A DNA stretch of 20,474 nt from positions 1 to 20,474 of the forward strand of contig JBBSVV010000016.1 in NCBI GenBank assembly GCA_038046625.1, written 5' to 3'. This document shows, in pieces, positions 1 to 7,787 of this stretch (its first letter is position 1; the number at the start of each line of letters is the position of its first letter). The notes beneath the pieces are model-generated. The model did not search any database, was not told the DNA's origin, and saw only the letters and a program-made list of their open reading frames with translations. The DNA comes from an archaeon (GTDB lineage: Archaea > Iainarchaeota > Iainarchaeia > Iainarchaeales > Iainarchaeaceae). The translations under genes and the position numbers were made by a program.

Positions 1-167
1 GTAATTGATGCCGTTCACGATTTTTTGAACTATTTGCTGGTAATTTGGTTGATTAGTTTCAATAGTTCTTGGAAAGTGCCGGCTACGTTTTGGCGCGGGA
101 CATTTTATCCGCTTGAGTGTATCGGTTGTGTGCCACATCCCGGTGTGCCCTAATGCAAAGCGTCTTT

Positions 168-569
168 TTACCCAATCGGGTTTATTCCCTTGAATTGCGT
201 GAATCCCTTGTCGAAGGTTGCGATGTTTTTTATTCCGTTTTCCTGCATTGCCGCAATGCTTGTGCAATCCGTGAAGCTCAGTTCCTTCCCTTCGGCAAAT
301 AATTGCCACGCTTTTTCAAAATGCCACTGTGAAATGTGAATCAAGGTTATTTCTGAGTTGAGAATAGAGGTTCCGAGTGCCAAAGCCTTTGTGTGGCCCT
401 GCCTTGTGAGGGTAAAAGTGACGGCCTCGTCAAAAACGTAGGAAGAGGTGAAGATGCTTCCAAATTCGCCTTTCTTAATCAGCTCCGCTGTTTGCATTGC
501 CCTTTCGTGCATGGCCTCGCTTTTGTTTGCCAGTGCAATTACATAGCTCGTGTCGAGGAAGACGCTCAT
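168..569 (-). CDS. vapC: PIN-domain ribonuclease toxin (VapC family)
   Basis: 133 aa with PIN motifs VFLDTSYVIAL, TSSYVFDEAVT, LSFTDCTSIAAM and IATFDKGF. The start overlaps the upstream gene's stop (ATGA at 569-566). Confidence 0.93.
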   Translation of the reverse strand: MSVFLDTSYVIALANKSEAMHERAMQTAELIKKGEFGSIFTSSYVFDEAVTFTLTRQGHTKALALGTSILNSEITLIHISQWHFEKAWQLFAEGKELSFTDCTSIAAMQENGIKNIATFDKGFTQFKGINPIG

Positions 570-808
570 TTGTGGCCACCATAAAGAACTTCGTCAACCT
601 CGCTGCTCGCATTCCTGTTTTTCTTTCCCCAGTCCCATGCCTTAAGGTCGAAAAAGCTCTTTTCCTTTTTTTCCTTTTTTGCCTTTTTTTCCGCCCACTC
701 CCTCATCGCCTGCGTCACCGCCGCGCCCGTCTTCACTCCTGAGGCGACAGCAGTTGCCTTGAACTCCCTGAAAGTTTTCGGATCCACATCCCTTACGCTC
801 ATATTCAC
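566..808 (-). CDS. Putative antitoxin (VapB-like, ribbon-helix-helix-like N-terminus)
   Basis: 80 aa gene translationally coupled to vapC. N-terminal beta-alpha-alpha pattern (MSVRDVDPKTFREFKATAVASGVKTGAAVTQAMREW) and C-terminal SEVDEVLYG typical of archaeal antitoxins. AGGTGG SD at 820-815; start is GTG 808 or ATG 802. Confidence 0.8.
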   Translation of the reverse strand: MNMSVRDVDPKTFREFKATAVASGVKTGAAVTQAMREWAEKKAKKEKKEKSFFDLKAWDWGKKNRNASSEVDEVLYGGHK

Positions 809-820
809 AAAAAACCACCT

Positions 821-855
821 GATGTATTACATGTTTACATGTTTTTAAAGTTTTC
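821..855 (-). promoter_or_regulatory. vapBC promoter with probable antitoxin operator
   Basis: Minus strand reads GAAAAC-TTTAAAAA (BRE/TATA-like), then ACATGTAAACATGTAATACATC: two palindromic ACATGT hexamers (829-834, 837-842) directly downstream of the TATA box. Confidence 0.6.
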
Positions 856-876
856 TGCAGGGCCGTATCATGCTTA

Positions 877-1587
877 TCAAAGCCGTTTCATTGCTTTCTC
901 GGCCGTTTTTATCCTTTCCAATGTGTCTGTCGTGAACCATTTTCCCATGTGTTTGAACCCGAAAAGTTTTCCCTTTTTTGCCAGCGCGGGGAACATTGTG
1001 CGCTCAATCAGATTGAAGCCTTCAGGCAGAAATTCCATGGCCTTTTTTTCGATTATGTACGCGCCGGCATTCGCGAGGCTGCTCGGCGCTTTCTCGCGCG
1101 CAGGCTTTTCAACAAACTCAACAATTTTTTTCCCCTCAAGCTTTGCAACGCCGTAGCTCGAAACATCCTCAACGGAGACAAGCGCAATTGTTGCCAAACC
1201 TTTCATTGCGGAATGCTCTTTTGCCATTGATGAAAAATCAAAGTCCGCGATGTTGTCGCCGTTCAGCATGAAAAACTTTTTATCCAATAATTCCTCCGCC
1301 TGCTTCAGCGCCCCTCCGGTTCCAAGGGGCTCTGTTTCAACCGAGTAAACAATGCCCGCGCCGAATTTTTCCCCGGCGCCAAAATAAGATTCTATTTTTT
1401 CGTGCATATAACCTGTTCCGAGAATTATTTCGCGCACGCCGTGCTTCACAAGGTTCTCGATGCAGTACTGCAGAATGGGCTTTCCCGCAACCTTCACAAG
1501 CGGCTTCGGAATATTGTCCGTGAGTGGCCTGAGCCGTTCGCCTTTTCCGCCGGCGAGAACAAAAGCCTGCCTGATTTTGTTGACCGT
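877..1587 (-). CDS. Sugar-1-phosphate nucleotidyltransferase (NTP_transferase family, mannose-1-P guanylyltransferase-like)
   Basis: The frame of ORF 877..1497 stays open upstream and encodes the essential motif RQAFVLAGGKGERLRPLTDNIPKPL; EPLGTGGAL, LNGD, YGV and FVEKP follow. No in-frame ATG/GTG/TTG lies between the upstream TAG and this motif. Best candidate start is ACG at 1587-1585, 4 nt after GGTGA. Product is confident, start is uncertain. Confidence 0.85.
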   Translation of the reverse strand, partial: TVNKIRQAFVLAGGKGERLRPLTDNIPKPLVKVAGKPILQYCIENLVKHGVREIILGTGYMHEKIESYFGAGEKFGAGIVYSVETEPLGTGGALKQAEELLDKKFFMLNGDNIADFDFSSMAKEHSAMKGLATIALVSVEDVSSYGVAKLEGKKIVEFVEKPAREKAPSSLANAGAYIIEKKAMEFLPEGFNLIERTMFPALAKKGKLFGFKHMGKWFTTDTLERIKTAEKAMKRL

Positions 1588-1591
1588 GTTT

Positions 1592-1972
1592 TCACCGTGA
1601 CGAAGCGTTATTTTTTCCTAAACGAATTTTTCTGGTTCTTATTATTTTTTCCGTAATTACCGTGAATTCTTTTTCCGGTTCATGCGTGGCGCTTATTGCT
1701 CTTTTGAGCAGCCCAAACCTGATGTCCGCATCGGTGGTCGCGGTTCTCAGCAGCATTACTCCTGAGGATTTCATGTTTTTCCTGAATATGAGTTCTCCAA
1801 AATCCTTGTCATCGGTGATTATCACCCGCTTTTCTTTTGCCGCAAACCCAACGACTTTGTCGTCTGTCGCCCCTTTGAGTATCTCTGATACCGCTTTCAC
1901 ATCATAGCCGTTTCTTGACAGCAATCCGAAAATTTTTCTGCCCGTGGACTCATCAACAAGGAATTTTGGCAT
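1592..1972 (-). CDS. DUF5615 family PIN-like toxin (VapC45-like)
   Basis: 126 aa with KFLVDES, GATDDKV, RVIITDDKDFGEL and GVMLLR. Lies directly downstream of a DUF433 gene, the usual pairing. Confidence 0.88.
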   Translation of the reverse strand: MPKFLVDESTGRKIFGLLSRNGYDVKAVSEILKGATDDKVVGFAAKEKRVIITDDKDFGELIFRKNMKSSGVMLLRTATTDADIRFGLLKRAISATHEPEKEFTVITEKIIRTRKIRLGKNNASSR

Positions 1973-1978
1973 TGATTT

Positions 1979-2224
1979 TCACTTGAGGGCAATCTGCGTT
2001 ATTTTTTCGCCCTTAACGAGTCGTGCGCTGTACTCGAGAGCAGCGTAAATATCCTCTTTGGTTATTTTCGGGTAATCGGCAATAACGTTTTCAATGTTCA
2101 TGCCTTCGGCAAATCTTTTGATTATCGCATCTATAGGAATGCGGGTTCCCCTTATCACCGGTTTTCCGGCCATGATTCTTGGGTTTGCCACTATTCTCAA
2201 GGATATTGCTTTTTCTTGGTTCAT
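1979..2224 (-). CDS. DUF433 family antitoxin (VapB45-like, winged helix)
   Basis: RIVANPRIMAGKPVIRGTRIPIDAII...DYPKITKEDIYAALEYS is the DUF433 signature. ATG 2224 is preferred over GTG 2233 because TTTAAAA (2254-2248) lies 24-30 nt upstream of it. Confidence 0.92.
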   Translation of the reverse strand: MNQEKAISLRIVANPRIMAGKPVIRGTRIPIDAIIKRFAEGMNIENVIADYPKITKEDIYAALEYSARLVKGEKITQIALK

Positions 2225-2249
2225 GATCAACACTTACTGGCAAGTTGTT

Positions 2250-2309
2250 TTAAATTGTTTTGACGCCCACCCTTCCGCCCGCCAAAACAAAAGCCTGCTT
2301 AATACCCAT
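2250..2309 (-). pseudogene. Orphan 5' fragment of a nucleotidyltransferase gene (19 codons, MGIKQAFVLAGGRVGVKTI*)
   Basis: ATG at 2309-2307. IKQAFVLAGG matches IRQAFVLAGG of the gene at 877..1587. An AAAAAG-CATAAAT TATA-like element lies about 23-30 nt upstream. Confidence 0.8.
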
Positions 2310-2433
2310 GGAAATAAGGTGCACAAACGCAAATTTATGCTTTTTGCATTCCACACTCATTTTTCAGGGCAATTTTGGGAGTTGAACCAATTCCTTTAAA
2401 ATTACTGCCTGCGCCTTTTACATATATTCTTCT

Positions 2434-2441
2434 TTTATAAA
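2434..2441 (+). promoter_or_regulatory. Archaeal TATA box of the ugd operon
   Basis: TTTATAAA at -30 to -23 relative to ATG 2464, consistent with a leaderless or short-leader transcript. Confidence 0.55.
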
Positions 2442-2463
2442 ATATTGAATCCAGTGAAATTGA

Positions 2464-3747
2464 ATGAAAATAGCTGTTGTTGGAACCGGCTACGTCGGCT
2501 TGGTTGCGGGTGCATGCCTCGCCGATTTGGGCAACGAAGTGATTTGTGTCGATGTTGACGAGAAAAAGATAGCCGCGCTGAGGCAGGGCAAAATACCCAT
2601 TTATGAGCCCGGCCTCGAGGAACTCGTTGCGAAGAATGTGCGCGAAAAAAGGATTTTCTTCACTGTGGATTCCGCAAAGGCAATCCGCGAATCCAGAATA
2701 ATTTTCATTGCGGTAGGAACTCCGCAGGGAAGTGACGGGAGCGCGGATTTGAAGTATGTTTTCCAGGTTGCCGAAACCATCGGCAGGAATGCGAACGAAC
2801 CCAAAATTGTTGTTGATAAGAGCACTGTTCCTGTGGGAACCGCGAGGAAAGTCAGGGAACTCATAATGAAGCACTCGAAGCATAATGTCGAGGTTGTTTC
2901 GAACCCGGAATTCCTGCGCGAAGGCTCCGCAGTAAGGGACTTCATGGAGCCGGACAGGGTAGTGATAGGCGCTACTTCTGAAGAGGCTGAAAAAGCGATT
3001 TATGACTTGTACAGGCCTCTCGAATGCGGGATTCTCGTTACAACGCCCGAGAGCGCGGAGCTCATAAAGTACGCCTCAAACGCTTTTTTGGCGACGAAAA
3101 TTTCATTCATAAACGAAATCGCGAACCTCTCGGAGCTTGTGGGCGCTGACATAAACGAGGTCGCAAAGGGCATGGGTCTGGATGCGCGGATAGGGAAGCA
3201 CTTCCTCAATGCAGGGTGCGGTTACGGCGGAAGCTGCTTCCCCAAGGATGTGCAGGCGATACAGAAAATCGCGAAGGACAAAAACTATCCGCTGGAAATA
3301 GTAGAAGCAACGGAGAAGGTCAATGCGCGCCAGAAGCTTGTGCCGGTGCAGAAGCTCAATAAGGAATTTTCCTCTCTGAAAGGGAAAAAAATCGTGCTCC
3401 TCGGATTGGCGTTCAAGCCCAACACGGATGACATGCGCGAGGCCAGTTCCATTGAAATCGCGAATGCGCTCGTGAAGCAAGGCGCCACCGTAGTTGCCGT
3501 TGACCCGATTGCAAGGGAGAACGCGAAAAAGATCCTGAAAGGAATAGCTTACTCGGATTCCGTTTATGAGGCCGCGAAAGGCGCGGATGCAATAGTTCTT
3601 GTCACGGAGTGGAACGAGTTTCTGGAGCTCGACTTCGAAAAAATCGCGAAGGAAATGAAGTCCAAAATAATTGTTGACGGCAGGAATGTTTATGACAGGG
3701 AAAAGCTCATTTCATTGGGCTTCAAGTACAACGGAGTAGGAAGGTGA
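2464..3747 (+). CDS. ugd: UDP-glucose 6-dehydrogenase
   Basis: 427 aa with MKIAVVGTGYVGL, IAVGTP, KSTVPVGT, SNPEFLREG, AELIKYASNAFLATKISFINE, catalytic GYGGSCFPKD, GLAFKPNTDDMRE and IVDGRN. Confidence 0.97.
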   Translation: MKIAVVGTGYVGLVAGACLADLGNEVICVDVDEKKIAALRQGKIPIYEPGLEELVAKNVREKRIFFTVDSAKAIRESRIIFIAVGTPQGSDGSADLKYVFQVAETIGRNANEPKIVVDKSTVPVGTARKVRELIMKHSKHNVEVVSNPEFLREGSAVRDFMEPDRVVIGATSEEAEKAIYDLYRPLECGILVTTPESAELIKYASNAFLATKISFINEIANLSELVGADINEVAKGMGLDARIGKHFLNAGCGYGGSCFPKDVQAIQKIAKDKNYPLEIVEATEKVNARQKLVPVQKLNKEFSSLKGKKIVLLGLAFKPNTDDMREASSIEIANALVKQGATVVAVDPIARENAKKILKGIAYSDSVYEAAKGADAIVLVTEWNEFLELDFEKIAKEMKSKIIVDGRNVYDREKLISLGFKYNGVGR

Positions 3748-3753
3748 AATGTT

Positions 3754-4491
3754 TTGAGGGCAATGATACTTGCGGCGGGCTACGCGAAGAGGCTGTGGCC
3801 GCTCACAAAGAACAAGCCAAAACCATTGCTCGAGGTAAAGGGCAGGCCGATAATTGAGCACATCATAAAGCACTTCGGGGAAATTTCCGAAATAACCGAA
3901 ATAATAATTGTTACGAACAGCAGGTTCGCGCTCGAGTTTGAGCAGTGGGCCGAATCATTTGACGGGGAAACACCGATAAAGGTTATTGATGACTTGACCA
4001 CATCAAACGATGACAGGAAAGGCGCTGTGGGAGACATGCTTTGCGCAATCAACGAGGCAAAAATTGACGATGATTTGATGGTTATTGCCGGCGATAATTT
4101 GTTCGGGTATAAGCTTGCGGACTTCCACGCATTCTTCAGGGAAAAAAGAGCTTCTGTTGTCGCGTGCAAGGACATGCTTTCAATCGAGGAAGTCAAGGAG
4201 AAATTCGGTGTCGCGGAGCTGGATGGAAAAGGCAAAATCATCGGTTTCGAGGAGAAACCGGCGGAGCCAAAAAGCGCGTTGGCGGCAACCGCATGCTACA
4301 TTTTCACGAAAGCGGACGTGAAGGAAATAGGGCGGTTTATCGAGGCCGGAAACCCGCCCGACAATGCGGGCGATTTCATAAAATGGCTTGCCAACCACAA
4401 GCCCGTGTATGGCTTTGTTTTCACGGAAAAATGGTTTGATATCGGCTCGTTCGAGAACCTTGGAAAGGCAAGGGAAGAATTCGATGGCTAA
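3754..4491 (+). CDS. Sugar-1-phosphate nucleotidyltransferase (glucose-1-P thymidylyl/uridylyltransferase-like)
   Basis: MRAMILAAGYAKRLWPLTKNKPKPLL, IAGDNLF, FEEKP and WFDIGS. TTG start 6 nt after a GGTGA that contains the ugd stop. Confidence 0.9.
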   Translation: MRAMILAAGYAKRLWPLTKNKPKPLLEVKGRPIIEHIIKHFGEISEITEIIIVTNSRFALEFEQWAESFDGETPIKVIDDLTTSNDDRKGAVGDMLCAINEAKIDDDLMVIAGDNLFGYKLADFHAFFREKRASVVACKDMLSIEEVKEKFGVAELDGKGKIIGFEEKPAEPKSALAATACYIFTKADVKEIGRFIEAGNPPDNAGDFIKWLANHKPVYGFVFTEKWFDIGSFENLGKAREEFDG

Positions 4492-5039
4492 TTTTTTTCG
4501 CCCACAATAAGCAGGTTCAGGCCGAAAAGGAATGCCCTTGACTCGAGTATGGTGAACCCGTTTTTTTTCAGCAATCCCGTGAGTTCCATCAGGGTAAAGA
4601 TTTTTTGGTGGTCTTCCGCTGCAAATGATGACACCAGGCCTATTTTGCTGCCGATAGCATGGAGTTTGTCACCGAGCGTTGACGGGGTAGTGATTATTAT
4701 CCTTCCTTTCTTGTTCAGGATTTTGGTCACGTTTCTAACCGCCTGCCCGGGTTTTTTCAGGTGTTCTATGACTGCAATCATCGTGGCGGAGTCGAATTTT
4801 CCAAGTTCCGCGAGGCTATCTTCGGCGCTCACTTGCCTGTATGGGAATGTAATTGCGCTTGTCTTGGGGTGTATGTCTATTCCAGAGTAATAAGTATTTT
4901 TGGGCAGGAACTCCATGAGCTCACCGTGGTTGCAGCCTATGTCAAGGAGTTTTCCCCTGGCATATTTTGCCACTGCGGCATTCCTCTGCCTCATCAGGAA
5001 AAAGCTCAGTGCCCCTTGTTTTGTTCCCACTAAAACCAC
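4488..5039 (-). CDS. Class I SAM-dependent methyltransferase
   Basis: LLDIGCNHG motif I, GIDI, FDSATMIAVIEHL and GRIIITTP. GTG start uncertain (5039 or 5030). Convergent 4-nt overlap with the preceding gene. Confidence 0.88.
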   Translation of the reverse strand: MVLVGTKQGALSFFLMRQRNAAVAKYARGKLLDIGCNHGELMEFLPKNTYYSGIDIHPKTSAITFPYRQVSAEDSLAELGKFDSATMIAVIEHLKKPGQAVRNVTKILNKKGRIIITTPSTLGDKLHAIGSKIGLVSSFAAEDHQKIFTLMELTGLLKKNGFTILESRAFLFGLNLLIVGEKN

Positions 5040-5089
5040 TGATTGTTTTCGTATGGAATGAATTTAAAGCTAATTCATGTTAAATATGC

Positions 5090-7042
5090 ATGTTGACCAT
5101 GGGGAAAATTGTTGTTGCGGGCGGCGCGGGCTTCATCGGCTCGCATTTGTGCGGCTATCTTCTCGGAAAAGGCGAGAAAGTCGTGTGCATTGACAGCCTT
5201 GTTACCGGGAACAGGGCTAACATCGCGGGTTTGCTTGGCGACAAAAATTTTTCTTTTATCAACAGGGATGTTTCCGGGAAGTTCACTGTCAGGGGGGATG
5301 TACGCCAGGTTTACAACCTTGCCTCGCCCGCTTCCCCGGTTGATTACCAGGAGAAGCCGCTTGAGACTCTTGCGGCCGGTTCCAATGGAGTGAAAAACCT
5401 TTTGGAACTTGCGGAGGAGAAGAACGCCGCGTATTTGTTTGCCTCGACTTCGGAGGTTTATGGCAACCCCACTGAGCACCCGCAGAAGGAAACTTACTGG
5501 GGCAATGTGAATCCTGTCGGGCCGCGCAGTTGTTTTTCATCAGACACTCAAGTGCTCACGTATGAGGGATGGAAACTTTTCAACGAACTGGCCAAAGATG
5601 ATTTGATACTGACGAGAAACAGCAGTGGTTTCATTGAATACCATAAGCCTGTTGAAATAATCAAGGAAAAATATATCGGTGATCTCATCAGCTTTAAGAA
5701 TACGAAAATAGATTTGTTGATTACGCCAAACCATAATATGCTGGTGAAGGTACGTGGAAAATCAAGCTTTTCTTTTGTACCTGCCTTTGAAGGCATAACT
5801 TGGCATAAAGCAGAAATGCAAAAAGGTGCTAAGTGGGTTGGGGAGAATAAAGAGTATTTTTATTTACCTAAAGTAAAAAACTCCAAGAGTCCCGTAATAG
5901 AAAAAATAAAAATGCCTGATTGGCTGGAGTTTCTCGGTTATTTCCTTTCCGAGGGCTGCACTTACCTACAAAAAAAGAAGAAAACAGTTGGAGGAAAAAT
6001 TTATGATACGTTGGATTATGTTGTCTTAATTTCGCAATCCAAAAAATCTTCGCATAGGGAAAAGATAAGGTCATGCCTACAGAGATTAAATGTTAATTTT
6101 TTTGAGGAAAATGCGCAATTTAGGATTTTAAATAAGCAATTATTCTCTTATCTGGCAGTTTTTGGGAAATCAAAAGACAAATTCATTCCGCCTGAATTTA
6201 AATCCTTTTCTAAGGAATACCTGCAGATATTATTTGCTTCTTTAATGGCTGGTGACGGTTCAAGAGACGGGAAGGCATTTTATTCCAGTTCCTATAAATT
6301 GATAGGTGATATGCAAGAACTTTTGCTCAAGCTTGGTTGCGCCGGGTCAGTTGTGTCCAAAGATGCGCGTAAGAAAAACCCTGTTTACCAGATACATATT
6401 CTTACTGGCGAAAAAAAAGATTTTTTGACTCCTAAGTACCCAAAAAGAAATATTGTGAAATATGCTGGTGATGTTTATTGTGTCAATGTCCCAAATCATG
6501 TAATCTATGTGAGAAGGAACGGAAAAAGTGTTTTTTGTGGCAATTGCTATGATGAGGCAAAGCGTTTCGGCGAGGCCCTTTGCGTGGCGTTTTCAAAAGT
6601 TCGCGGTGTCGACGTTAAGATTGCGAGGATTTTCAATACCTATGGGCCGATGATGAGGAAGAATGACGGCCGGGTTGTCCCGAACTTTATTGAACAGGCG
6701 CTGGGCAATGAACCACTGACTGTTTATGGAAAAGGCGGGCAGACCAGGAGTTTTTGCTATGTAAGCGACATGGTAAATGGCATTTGCGCCCTCATGAACT
6801 CCCGGGAAAGGGGCCCCATTAACCTTGGGAACCCAGTTGAAACATCGATTTCCGGGCTCGCGGAAAAAATCATCAGGCTCTCCAAAAGCCGTTCAAGGAT
6901 AGTTTATCAGGAGCTTCCCATTGATGATCCTGAGAGGAGGCTTCCGGATATTTCCCTGGCAAAAAGCAGGCTATCTTGGGCACCTAAGGTGTCCCTGGAT
7001 GAGGGCCTGAACCTGACCATTTCATATTTTCAAAAACTTTAA
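5090..7042 (+). CDS. uxs: UDP-glucuronate decarboxylase (UDP-xylose synthase, extended SDR) precursor containing an intein
   Basis: GGAGFIGSHL, NLASPASPVDY, ASTSEVYG, ETYWGNVNPVGPRS/CYDEAKR, ARIFNTYGP, DGRVVPNFI, QTRSFCYVSD and DDPERRLPDI. Removing the intein leaves about 312 aa, the normal size. Start 5090 or 5099. Confidence 0.95.
   Translation: MLTMGKIVVAGGAGFIGSHLCGYLLGKGEKVVCIDSLVTGNRANIAGLLGDKNFSFINRDVSGKFTVRGDVRQVYNLASPASPVDYQEKPLETLAAGSNGVKNLLELAEEKNAAYLFASTSEVYGNPTEHPQKETYWGNVNPVGPRSCFSSDTQVLTYEGWKLFNELAKDDLILTRNSSGFIEYHKPVEIIKEKYIGDLISFKNTKIDLLITPNHNMLVKVRGKSSFSFVPAFEGITWHKAEMQKGAKWVGENKEYFYLPKVKNSKSPVIEKIKMPDWLEFLGYFLSEGCTYLQKKKKTVGGKIYDTLDYVVLISQSKKSSHREKIRSCLQRLNVNFFEENAQFRILNKQLFSYLAVFGKSKDKFIPPEFKSFSKEYLQILFASLMAGDGSRDGKAFYSSSYKLIGDMQELLLKLGCAGSVVSKDARKKNPVYQIHILTGEKKDFLTPKYPKRNIVKYAGDVYCVNVPNHVIYVRRNGKSVFCGNCYDEAKRFGEALCVAFSKVRGVDVKIARIFNTYGPMMRKNDGRVVPNFIEQALGNEPLTVYGKGGQTRSFCYVSDMVNGICALMNSRERGPINLGNPVETSISGLAEKIIRLSKSRSRIVYQELPIDDPERRLPDISLAKSRLSWAPKVSLDEGLNLTISYFQKL
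5531..6544 (+). mobile_element. Intein with LAGLIDADG homing endonuclease (338 aa)
   Basis: Block A CFSSDTQVLTYEGWK, block B LITPNHNM, LAGLIDADG-like motifs LEFLGYFLSEGC and ILFASLMAGDGS, block F GDVYCVNVPNHVIYV, terminus VFCGN followed by Cys+1. The DNA is visibly more AT-rich than the exteins. Confidence 0.95.
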
Positions 7043-7076
7043 TTATCCGTGTTTCCGGTTTATTTGGTGGTGTTGT

Positions 7077-7781
7077 TTGGCAAAAAAGCTTTCCATTGTG
7101 ATTCCGGCGTACAACGAGGAAAAAAATATTGTTCCAACCGTCAAATCCTATTACAATTTTTTTTCGGAAAACCTCCCGGATTTCGAGATTATAGTGGTTG
7201 TAAATAACAGTTCCGACAAAACCTTTGATTTGGCCAGCAAATTTTCTGCCGGCAGGCCGGAAATAGCGGTTCTCAACTTTGATTTTTACACTGGAAAAGG
7301 CGGAGCAGTAATCGAGGGATTCAGGGCCTGCAAAGGAAATTTGGCCGGGTTTGCCGATGCAGATGACTCCACCGTTCCTTCGGAATTTTTCCGCCTCGTC
7401 AAATGCTGTGATGAAGGTTTTGATGTTGTGATAGGCTCGCGTTCCGTAAATGATTCGGTCATCCGGAAAAAACAGCCCCTGTATCGTCGCATTCTCGGAA
7501 GCGGCTTCAGGTTCATTACAAACCTGCTGTTCGGGCTCGGGATTAATGATACCCAGTGCGGGGCAAAAGTGTTCAGCAGGAAAACTCTCGAGCTGCTGTT
7601 AAGGGAAAAAATTTCAAAAGGTTTTGAATTTGATGTGCAGATGCTCTGGATAGCGAAGCGCAACGGCCTCAGGATAAAGGAAAAGGGGATAAGGTGGTCG
7701 GACAACGCCGATTCCAAAGTAGGTTTTTTTGAGCCCTTAAAAATGCTTATCGGCCTGTTAAGGCTCCGTTTTGGAGGCTGA
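7077..7781 (+). CDS. GT2 glycosyltransferase, dolichyl-phosphate beta-glucosyltransferase (ALG5/DPG synthase)-like
   Basis: LSIVIPAYNEE, GKGGAV, FADADDS, VVIGSR, DTQCGAKVF and FEFDVQML. TTG start after a GGTGGTG SD. Confidence 0.9.
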   Translation: MAKKLSIVIPAYNEEKNIVPTVKSYYNFFSENLPDFEIIVVVNNSSDKTFDLASKFSAGRPEIAVLNFDFYTGKGGAVIEGFRACKGNLAGFADADDSTVPSEFFRLVKCCDEGFDVVIGSRSVNDSVIRKKQPLYRRILGSGFRFITNLLFGLGINDTQCGAKVFSRKTLELLLREKISKGFEFDVQMLWIAKRNGLRIKEKGIRWSDNADSKVGFFEPLKMLIGLLRLRFGG

Positions 7782-7787
7782 TGCAAA

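Noticed and set aside
1..160. Open frames at the left edge (+ frame ending at TAA 153; - frame from ATG 138)
   Set aside because: Neither translation has a recognisable motif and both are truncated by the window, so I cannot choose between them.
2335..2883. 182-aa minus-strand ORF and the other antisense or alternate-frame ORFs (for example 7286..7807, 13485..14387, 19751..20380)
   Set aside because: They are shadows of well-supported genes, with no motifs and atypical composition.
5531..6544. Class 3 intein, suggested by the block F Cys
   Set aside because: Cys1 is present and the Trp (block B) and Thr (block G) of the WCT triplet are missing.
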